From Lama glama (lineage: Eukaryota): a stretch of 64,000 bases of DNA. The DNA lies in NCBI GenBank assembly GCA_028534125.1, contig CM052817.1, positions 101,620,001 through 101,684,000 of the forward strand, written 5' to 3'. The notes beneath the pieces were generated by a model. It saw only the letters and a list, made by a program, of their open reading frames with translations. It was not told where the DNA came from and did no database searches. Positions within the stretch are counted from its first letter, which is position 1; each line of letters begins with the position of its first letter. Below, in pieces: positions 41,951 through 52,308 of this stretch. The translations under genes were made by a program, and so were the position numbers.

Positions 41951-42749
41951 TCTTTCCCTCTTTCTTTTTTTCATTTTCCCAAGTTTCAGACTCCTGCAAT
42001 ATTTACAAATTATCTAAATTATTGTAAACTGATTATACTTCAAATATATATATATATACAAAAAATAAAAAAGCAAGATTTTTATGGAATTTCTATTCTG
42101 AATTAACTTAAGACTGATGCTTCTAAGCCTTGGCAAAATGTACCAAGAAGTTTGAAATCAAAGTAGAAGATCAGTCACTGGAGCTGACAGCCGAAGCAGT
42201 CAATTTTACTCTGAAAGATTTGGTTGGTCTTTCTTTCTTCCTTTTTTTTCTAAAAGAATAAACATTTAGACCATTCTTGCTAGGAAAATCTTAATTTCTG
42301 GAATCATTATAGGATGACGAGTTTAGTCCTGGAATGAACTTTGTAAAATTTGGGTGGTGAATTGCTCTGAATATGCATGATGTGCTATTGGCAAGATGAA
42401 AAGTTGGAAAGTAGCATTCCAGAAGGGATAAAGCATCTGAATATGATATTAGAAGATTTTATGATATTATATTTCTAGGTAGTTTGGACTTCCTGAGTTA
42501 CTTAAGAAACAATTTTCTTTCCATCAAGAAATATCTTAGTCAAATCTCTTTGGGTTACAAGTGAGAGAAATGAATGTAAACTTATTAAGGTGAAAGGAGA
42601 TGTTTTATATGTAAGGCAGGATGACCCGCCAAAGAAATTAGGTGCTTTCTCCTTCCTTCTCTCAAAGACTAGCAAGAGATGGCACCTCTGTTTTGGAGAT
42701 CTGATATATCCATCCTTTGTACTTGGGGGGAAGATTTACCAAAGTCGGT

Positions 42750-43720
42750 TTTTTTTAAGATAATTTATATGCAATAAAATTTATCAATTTAAAAAGTACA
42801 GTTTGATGAGCTTGACAAAGACAGTCACGTAACTGCAGTCACAATCATGATACAGAACATTTCTGTTGCCCCCGAAGTCCCCTGCATCCCCCTTTGTGGT
42901 CAGTCCCTTCCCCTACCTGGCTCCCTGACAGCTCTGCTTTCTGTCACAGTTTTGCTTTGTGTAGAATTTCACATGAATGGGTTCTATAATATGTATTGTC
43001 TGTGTCTGACTTCTTTCACTTAATATAATTCTTTTCAGATCATCCATACTTGCATATTTCAGTGGCTCTGCCTTTTTATGTTGAGTAGTTTTCTCTTGTA
43101 CAGATACACAACAATCTATCTATTCACGAGTTGTTACATATTGGGGTTGTTTCTAGCTCTGAATAAAGTACATGCTTTTGTGTGGACTTATTTTTTTTCA
43201 TTTCTTGTGGGTAAATACCCAGGATTGAGATTGTTGGGTCACTGAGTAAGTGCGCATTTAATTTTACAGGAAATGATCAAATTTTCCCTAAGTGGGTATG
43301 TTGTTTTGCATTCCCACCAGCAACGTATGAGAGTTTCAGTTATTCAACATCTTTACCAACACTTGGTGTTGTCAATCTTTAATTTTAGCCATTCTAGTGA
43401 GCATGTAGCAGTATCTTAATGTGTTCCCCCCGCCCCACAGTTTTATTGCAATATGATTGCCATGTACAATTGTATTAATTTAAGGTGTATAACATAATTA
43501 TATGACATATGTATATATTGTGAGATAATTATCACAACAAGTTTAACATCCATCATTTCACATAGTTACAACTTTGCTCTTTTGATGAGAACTTTTAAGA
43601 TCTACTTTCTTGGCAACTTTCAAAAGTATAATACACTATTATTAACTATAGCCACCATGCTGTATGTTACATTCCCAGAACTTATGTAGCTTATAACTGG
43701 GAATTTGTATCTTTTGACCA
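42750..43720 (-). mobile_element. LINE-1 fragments (L1M-type plus a second L1 3' end) inserted in the TLR2 pseudogene
   Basis: L1 motifs aagtacagtttgatgag...; gcattcccaccagcaacgtatgagagtttcagtt...; ttaagatctactttcttggcaactttcaa...gtatcttttgacca. Confidence 0.75.
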
Positions 43721-46700
43721 CATATGAAGAGATCAATTTTATTCTGAAAGGTTTTGGGCAATCTTTGAAGTTTTCAAAATACTTAAATGTGAGAAAAACT
43801 GCTCTTCATATGAGATCACAGGTAACAAGAAAATCTTACACTCAGGCTCACAGTGAAAAAAACTAATAGTAAAACAAATTGAAGTAATTAAACAGTAAGA
43901 TTTGAAAAACAGTTATTGGATGTTGAACTGGAAGACTGTACTTCAGGAAAATGGAAAATGGGATGGCTGAGATTCCGTGATCAGACCAGGCTCAATAGAA
44001 GCTATAATAACAACAGAGTTTAGCTATGAGAATCTTCCATGATGACAGAACTTTAAAGACATGCTTGTTTTATATTAACTAAAGATATTCACAGCTGAAA
44101 GTGCCAAAGTCTGCTTAACACCAACCACATCCTGGCACGCAATATTTCAAATCCACAGGATACCTGGATCTCAGTGAAAATTTGATGCTTGGAGACTAAT
44201 TGAAACAGTCAGTTCATAAGGATGTGTGGGGCTTCCTACAGAGTTTGAATTTAAGACAAAATAATCTATAAACTCTGGAGAACGTTACTTACTCTAGAAA
44301 AACCTAATTAACATTGATCTTGGTCAGTGTATACTTGGTTCTTTACCTAACTCCTACCAGTGGCCAGAAAAGGAAACATACTTGAAATTATTCAGTACAA
44401 AATTACACAATTTAACACTCAGTGTTTCCCAGACTCTAGGCATATTAGATGTTAGCAATAAAGTCTTTTATTTTGTCATATCCTAAATAACTTTACATTT
44501 TCAAGTATCTGTTGAAGACCCTCCCAGGTGCTTCCTTCTTCTTTGGTAATTGGTAGGAAAGTAAAACTTTCTCTAACAAACAACTTGATTTTTTTCCCCC
44601 CAAAACTGAAGACCTTGGAAGCCAGCAGCAACAGCTTCATTTGCTCCTGTGACTTCCTGTCTTTCACGCAGGGGCAACGAGCACGGGCCCAGGACCTGAT
44701 CGACTGGCCAGAAAACTACGTGTGTGACTCTCCATCCCACGTGCGGGGCCAGCGGGTTCAGGATGCCCGGCTCTTGCTGGCTGAATGCCACAGGGCAGCC
44801 GTGGTGTCCGCCAAGTGCTGTGCCCTTTTCCTGTTGCTCCTGCTCACCGGGGTTTTGTGCCACCATTTCCACGGGGTGTGGTACATGAAGATGATGTGGG
44901 CCTGGCTCCAGGCCAAACGGAAGCCCAAGAAGGCTCCCCGTGGCGACCTCTGTTATGACGCCTTTGTGTCCTACAGTGAGCAGGATTCCTACTGGGTGGA
45001 GAACCTCATGGTCCAGGAGCTGGAGCACTTCAACCTGCCCTTCAAGTTGTGTCTTCACAAACGGGACTTCATTCCTGGCAAATGGATTATTGACAATATC
45101 ATCAGCTACATCAAAAAGAGCCACAAAACCATTTTTGTGCTCTCAGAGAACTTTGAAGAGTGAGTGGTGCAAGTACGAGCTGGACTTCTCCATTTCCGTC
45201 TCTTTGACGACAGCGATGATGCTGCCATCCTCATCCTGCTGGAGCCCATTGAGAGGAAGGCCACTGCCCAGCAGGGAGGGTTTGAGTTAAAGAATAATTC
45301 TAGTTGGTAAAAGAAAAATATTTACACAATGAAATAGTCTCAGTTTTCAAAACTTGGCTCTATTATGATTTAGAATTTTGCTATCATTATTTTGCATAAA
45401 CAGTAGCAAGTAGGATTCTTAAAAAATTACAGGTGTTACTGAAATCTGTTCAAAGCAGAAAAAATTTGCAGAATGAGCGTTTGTGTACAAAGATCTGTAT
45501 ATTAGTGCAAGGATTATAGCAGATTTTCATTAAGTGGTTTTTGATGGATGTATTATTATTTTCTTTAACAATTACAAAATATTGTATGTGAACAAGACAC
45601 AGACTGTTTTTCGATAACTTCACTTTAGAATTTCAGTCAGTTTCCAAAATATAGATACCATGAGCATTACATTTTTACCAAATACTTTTCCATATTTTGT
45701 TCACTTTCCAACTGAAAAAACAGTTTTGTAGGGAGTTAGAGGAGGTCTCAGGTCACAATGAAAAGAGGCTGAGGAGTTTTGGAGCCTGACCTGGGATTTG
45801 CCACTTGGCTGCTGTGAGTCATGTGACTTGAGGCAAGTTCTTTCTTTAATCACTTGACCTGAAGGTGTAATAATACCAGAACTGTTTATTTCATGTGTTA
45901 GTGTGAGATTCGGGTGAAAAGATTTATGTGATAGAGCTTTGCAAACATTAAGAACTGAACACGTGTAAGAATGCTCCTGAGTAAAACGTGCTAATAGCTT
46001 CCTGAGAACGTTTAGAAAAATCTTCACTGTATACAGAGGACACTGGTAGTAAGTTGTGGGTAAATAAACGATTTCCACCTAACTTTGCCAGAATATTCGA
46101 ATTGACTTTGGGATTATGAAGCAATAAAATCAATCAATCTAGGCAGTTCATCTAGAAAAGCTAGATAGAGAAAGAACAGAGGTTTCTGATTTCAAGGCAA
46201 AGAAATTGGAAAGAAGTTTTCTTAAGTATACAGTTGAGAAATCATGAGGAAAAGAGGTGGAGAAGTAGGAAGAAGGAAGTCTTTCAGACATCTGAAGGGC
46301 CTGGATGGTCAGGGATACAGACAAATCGCCACACAGTAATCAGCAACCTGTATGGAAAATCAGACTCCACTCTCTCAAGTTCACATCCCATCACGTTAAG
46401 CCTAGTGATTAAGTTTGTCAGAGTCTGGAACCTTTACTGAGCACTAGGCATGTAGAATAGAGTAGATAGAAGGTTGGGGCAAGAAGCCAGGGTATCAGAA
46501 GGAACCCTGAACATAGGGCAGAATTCTGGTTTCACATCTCACTTCTGCCACTTGCAATTTGCATGGCATTTCCTCCCGGGTAAAAGAGGAACAAGAATAC
46601 TTCTTCAGCCTCCCACCTCAATTTGGGAAGATCAAATGTAATTGTGAATATAAAATGTAGTTTATGAATATTAAGGCAGCTAAGTTTTTAAAATTTGTTT

Positions 46701-47269
46701 CCCTTAGAAACATGCCTCGCTAGTTTCTGGGGCAACGAAGAAAGCCAGTCTGACTGCTTTTGAAATTGCTTACTTTAAGAAGCAAGGATAGAAATGAGCA
46801 AGGTATGGACTAAGGTTCAAAATCTTGGATGTAGGCTGGAGCCCACATCTTCTCATGTTAAGAGCAGGGATCGGAGGTAGGTGCCAGAGGCGGTCATGCA
46901 CCACCAGGGGACTGCCACAGGACTGAAAGTTTTAAAACATCTGGGCTGTCCTTAACTGCAACTCAGGCAAAATCTTGCTGTGTCAGTCTGGGAAGTGACT
47001 GGGGAGTTATATAACGCAGGAGAGCACAGGCTTGCGGGTGGAAGTGGACCCTGGACATACACTGGCCGGTGGGTTGTGCTGAAAAGGAGGAGGAGCACAG
47101 GTGGGTATCAGGCATAATTCGCGAGCTGGAATTTGGACTTCCGAGGATGGAGAAGAACGGAGACGTGTAAAAGCGGCATGTTTCAGGGCAATAAGAGGCT
47201 TTGAGTGCCTGAAGCTTGAAGAAAATACTGGCAGGGTAATAAGCCTTCTCTTTGGTTTCGAAATCTGCT

Positions 47270-48330
47270 TCTGTCCTTGGGGGAATCCCAGGTTGGAGGG
47301 GGCTGTGGGGTGGCGAGGTGGGGGGTGGAGGTGGGGGTGGTGTGGACTCAAGCAACCCGGTTCTCGTTCCGCTGCCCCGCGACCCCCACCCAGGTCCCAG
47401 CATTCTTTTCTGACCCGGGCCCGGCACGAGGCTGCTGTCAGGGCAGGACCTCGGTGACGGTCACCTGACGGAGCCCGCGGGGAGGGGCGGAGGTGGCGTT
47501 GTGTCCCTGGTCACCGGAGCCAGGCGCACTCGGCGGAGCGGGTGGTCCCCGCCCACCGGGAGAAGGGGGCGCCGGCCGCGCGCACTGCTCTCTGGAGGTT
47601 CTCCTGGGCGCGGGCGGGTCCCGACCCGAGGCGGCAGAAGGCGCGGCCGCCCAGGTACGTCGGGTGGAAAGCGCGCTCCGCGGGCCTCCTGGCTCCGCAG
47701 CCGTCCCCGGTCGGGCGGGCAGGCGGGGCCGGAGGGTGGCCGCGGCGCGGATGCGGGCGCCAGCGGTCTCTGCTTCCCGATCGGTGGCACCCGATCGGTG
47801 GCACCCGGGGTCCCAGTCTCGCGACTCGGCTCCGGGGGAGGCGGCGCGGGCGCGGGGGTGGCGGGAGCACCCGGTCCCCAGGCCGTCGACGCTCCCGCAG
47901 CCCTGTCTGCGCGGCTCCGCGCGTGGATGTGGACACCCGCCCGGTGGAGGCGAGCCCGGGGGAGAAGCAGGAGCAGCCCAGAGGGGACGGGGCGCGGCCC
48001 AGAAACGCCCAGCCCTTGGCGTCCCGGTGCCCGCCGGCCGCGGGGGGCCCAGCGCTCTCCAGCCTCCAAGGGGGTGGCCGCGGGGCGCTTCCGAGGGCTC
48101 CAGGCGGCCGCATCCCGGAGGCGGGAGTGGGCAGTGGCTCGGGCTCCCCTTAGGGCCGCCCTCTCGCTGGCGGCTCTGTGCGCCCTGGCCGCCTCCGTCC
48201 TCGTCCCCCACCCCCACCCCGAGCGGCGATGGCGGGGATCAGGTAGAGGCTTTCCAGGTTGCACAGGCGCGTCCTGCTGGGGGTGCGTCTGCGCTCACTG
48301 GTTACCGCTGGGGCCGAACTGTGAAAGGTA
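47270..48330 (+). promoter_or_regulatory. TLR2: TLR2 CpG-island promoter with kappaB site (GGGGAATCCC, 47280-47289) and GC box (GGGGCGGAG, 47484-47492)
   Basis: Very high GC/CpG density ~4.5 kb upstream of the TLR2 coding exon; motifs read directly. Confidence 0.8.
47500..47654 (+). other. TLR2: Probable TLR2 non-coding exon 1 (start approximate)
   Basis: Donor site CCCAG|GTACGT at 47654/47655 inside the CpG island, similar to my recollection of the human TLR2 exon 1 boundary. The TSS cannot be fixed from sequence. Confidence 0.55.
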
Positions 48331-49369
48331 GATTTCGGCCACCAGGGTTCAGAAGTGGGACAGGGTCAAGATCCCGATCTGCCCAGGACTCTTCGCTCCC
48401 CTGTTCAGAGCCTGGCCTCTGCGCCAGGGTGGGCTCCACACCCGCTGCCGTTACAACTTCTTCAACTTCTATAAATGAGAACTTGTGTTTAGAACTTCGA
48501 AGCCGCCAGCCAGGATGGTGTTTTTCCTGCTGGGAGGGTGGTTGCGGGGGAAGGGCTGGGAGACAAAGGAAACTGATCCGGATGTAAACAAAATCAGCCT
48601 GGTGAGGTGTTTGTAATCTTGCGGAAGATCTTGTCTGCACTATGACTAACTCAGATTTTTACCAAAAAGCAACTGAAAAGCAACTGGTAGATAAGATGGC
48701 CTGACTTGAAAGTACTCCCCACTTCCCAAAAAAGGGGCAAACATCCTTTCAAAAAATGACTTGTTCACCAATATTTTACGTTTGTTCCTTTTTTGGAAAA
48801 GCAGAGAGCATTTGTATCTTTAAACTTTTTATAATGCACCTATTACGTAACTTGCCGGATGTTGACAACATATTTTGGAAGTTTCTAAGCTGTCAGTTAA
48901 TTTTTTTCATTATTGTATTTAAGAATTTGATGTGCTTGGTTAAATATCTTGTTTTGATTTTAGTGATGGAGCATAATTTATTGTATGTGACATCCTGAGT
49001 GTGACCTCCTCATAAAGACCTTTTAGTAAATCTAAATTGTATTCGTCCTCCCAAATAGGCTTACTTGTCAAAAGTGTTTTTATCTTCACAGTATCATTTA
49101 AAATTTACATAACTTTTTCCTCATACCAAAAAGCCTCATCCGGGTTTCTGAGCGTTGTCTTTTTTCTTATCTACCATTACATTAAAAAATTCAATTATTG
49201 CTTCTTGTTGCCTACTCTTACCAGGTTTATTTTCCATATTGCTGAAGAACATGTTTTCGGGTACTTCTTTCAGTGAGGGCTGTGGATAAAAATTCTTTTT
49301 TAGGTTTTGAATGTTTGAAAATGTCTATCTCATCTTTATTCTGGATGACGATTTGTTTGTTAATTAATT

Positions 49370-49820
49370 AATTTTTATTGAAGTATAGTTGATGTATAAT
49401 ATTGCATTAGTTTCAGGTGCATAGCAAAGTGATTTGGTTATACATATATACTCTTTTTTTGACTCTTTTCCAGTATCGATTATTACAAGAAATTGACTAT
49501 AGTTGCCTGTGCTATACAGTAAATACTTGTTGTTTATCTATTTTGTATATGGTAGTGTGTATCTGTTAATCCCATAGTCCTAATTTATCCCAGCCTCTTC
49601 CCCTTTGGTAAATTTGTTTTCTATGTCTCTGAGTCTGTTTCTGTTTTGCAAAGAAGTTCATTTATACTATTTTTTAGATTCCACATATAATTGATATCAT
49701 GTAATATTTGTCTTTCTCTGTCTGACTTACTTCATTTAGTATGATAATCTCTAAGTCCGTCTATGTTGCTGCAGATGGCATGATTTCATTCCTTTTTTAT
49801 GACTGAATAATATTCCATTC
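49370..49820 (-). mobile_element. LINE-1 3' fragment in the TLR2 intron
   Basis: tttttattgaagtatagttgat...cctgtgctatacagtaaatacttgttg...ttttagattccacatata...atgttgctgcagatggc. Confidence 0.8.
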
Positions 49821-52174
49821 CATTCTTTATCTTGGATGGTAATTTAAATGGGTATAGACATCTAGACTGACAGGTATGTTTTCTCAGCCCTTTGAGGACA
49901 TTATCACACTGTTTTGAGGCTAGATGAGAAATTTCTATTCTTTTTTTGCTTGAGATTCAATATGCATTTGAAATTTGGGAATTTATGTGTTTCTTCAATT
50001 CTGAAAAATTCTTAGTTGTTGTATCTTTTAATATTTGGTCCCATATGAGCACATGTGGCAGGCTTGGGTTCTGCTTTCCTACGAGAGAGAGGTAGCAGGC
50101 TGGCTTCCAGCCAAGTGGAGACCCTGGGCAAGAGGGCAGAGATTTTTAAGGTCCCTGTTCATGTATGGTGTAGCCTTTTCCCTGCATGTGGCTCTATGGA
50201 AAGCCCACTTTCAGTTCTGTATCATGCACTGGGTCAGGAGTCCCTTCTCCACTCCAACTTCCCCCAGACATCACAGCCCTCATCCTAAAGTGGGTGTCTG
50301 GCTCGGGTTTCACTCTGGGGCACAGGGCTGCAACTTCCTCTTGGCATGAGTCACCTTTAGCACCAGGCTTACTCCTCAGACTTCCATCTTTTCCTGAGTC
50401 TTGGACCAATAATTCCTCCCCACTTTGTCAACTTTCTGTATTCCTTAAGCAGGTGATTTTTATATTTTGGCCAGATCCACGACCTCTGTTAGATCTGACA
50501 CCACTCAGTCTAACTTGAGCCGTCACCCTTGCCTTGCTCAGTGTCATACACTGAGGAGTTCTCTGCCCCGTGCTGTAATGTACTGGGGAAGCGGGAGAAG
50601 AGATAGGTAATTCTGATCTTCAGTGTCAAGTCATTAACTGTAGCTCTGGCATCACTGATAATTTTTATTTGTTGAAAATCCACCATGCAATAGGTACCAA
50701 ATAATATCTGTATCAAATAGCCCAAGATCTCTGCTCTTATAAATTTTATCTTTTAAAGAGAAAAGGCTAGAAAAATTAAAAATGGATGTGTTTGACATTA
50801 AATCTTAGCCAAAATTGATATAGATTTCTTAAGATTTGTGCAATATATTACAAAAATGGGGGAAAAAATCAAATAAATTTTGGTTGCCCAGAGCAATTAT
50901 ACTAAGAGGATTTTTTAATGGCTGATTAAGCAGAAAGACAACGGGATAGATATAGTACCAGACAGCAATAGGCGCCTCATCTTAACCCTGTCAATTTTAG
51001 AGGTGGGTGCAATGATGGGTGGGTAGCCCCTGGGGGTTAGTTTCCATTGTCTGCTGTTTCTCCTCTTCTCATGCTTAATGCCTTGCTTCCTTTCACGCCC
51101 AGTTGTTTTTTATTTTATTCTGGGCATTCTATTTGAAAAATTACTTGTAGAAAGCAATGTGAGGCCTAGGATAACGTTATCTTCTTTGAGAGAAAATCTT
51201 CCTTTGCTTCTATAGGTACCCCCGTTCCAGAAATAACCGTAGTCCGTTTTCAGAGACTGAAGCAGTCTGAGCCATCCAGGTAAAGCAAAGCTCTGCTGCA
51301 GTTTACCGGAGGGCTTATTTTCTGAAGTTCAGCCTTACCTGTCCCATCCGTGACTGCCCCAGGCCTTAACCTCTGACTCCTTGTCTTCCAAGGTTGTCAG
51401 AAGTGCCATGCACCCTATCAGACTGTGCTGACTGTGTTCATGGTGATCAAGGACAAGACTGGACATTTTGGCAGAGAATTTGAAACTATAAGAATGACAT
51501 AGCAGATGCGAAAAAGAACCCAATGGAAAACAGATAGATGAAAACTGTAATACTGCCATGTGGATCGTTTCCCCTAAATGATCTTTTAAAAAATAGTGCT
51601 GGGTCACTCAAACGCTGCTCCCTGCACTTAGTCCTCTGCAGGAAGAGAAGCTTCTCGTGGTCTGATTGTCCCTCAGTCCAATAAACCACCTTGCTCTCCC
51701 AGGGGTTCTCAGCATCCCTCCTGCCCGCTAGTTGGAGGTGCAAGACAGGTTGGCAAGCATGGAACCTTCTTCTCTGGGTTAAAGAGTGGGTTCCTCCTGG
51801 ATCTGCATTCAGTGAAAGTTGTCCAGTGAGAGCCGTGGTCTGGCTCTGTTAGGCCTCTAATTCTCAGGGGTATCAGGGGGTATCCTACATAAGGTTTGAA
51901 GTGTAGGAAAGTGTAGAAATAGGTGGTTGTACATCCGTATGCTTAAGCCCGGCCCATTTCTTAAACTGCTTGCTCGTTTACTCCTCCTTTCATTCATTTA
52001 CTCGTTCTTTCAACCCACGTTTGGTCCCGATCCACACTCCCAGATGGAACTGTGCTTTTAAGTCATGGCTCAGTGGCAGTCTGTCTGTGTTAGTGTTGCT
52101 GGATGTGCCAGGGAATTCATTTTTTATCCCCATTCATACATTCCATTTGCCTGTTCCTTCTTGGTAGTTAGCTC

Positions 52175-52206
52175 TGTGTGTGTGTGTGTGTGTGTGTGTG
52201 GTGTGT
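52175..52206. repeat. (TG)13 microsatellite upstream of the TLR2 coding exon
   Basis: 26-nt perfect TG run plus gtgtgt, ending ~100 bp before the ATG. Confidence 0.95.
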
Positions 52207-52308
52207 ATTGCATTTTACAAAGTGTTTTTCAAGACAAGAATTAAGATACGCTGTCAAACACAATCACTCATTTGAACCTCTCTTATTTGTAGGTTGCGTC
52301 GCTGGACA

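Larger units (their letters stand above)
41280..45290 (+). pseudogene. TLR2 paralogous (tandem-duplicate) pseudogene
   Basis: Collinear decayed TLR2 motifs: LYSIPLDLIDALK (41392), LDSLVYLDLNYSNLS (41642), QKIKKQDFYGISILN*LKTDASK..PRSLKS (42059), LLDVELEDCT (43913), YLDLSENLM (44161), WGFLQSLNLRQNNL* (44227), QWPEK (44358). Then a near-identical LRR-CT/TM/TIR block 44600-45275 with -2 and -1 frameshifts, a stop at 45161 and a 69-bp deletion. L1 insertions interrupt it. The 5' limit is approximate. Confidence 0.92.

Noticed and set aside
47438..48587. Overlapping long ORFs (200-364 aa) on both strands
   Set aside because: GC-rich CpG island depleted of stop codons; low-complexity Pro/Arg/Gly/Ala translations with no recognisable domain.
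52294..52308. TTG-initiated 5-aa N-terminal extension of TLR2
   Set aside because: Bacterial start-codon rule in the ORF track; the conserved start is ATG 52309 (MPHALW).
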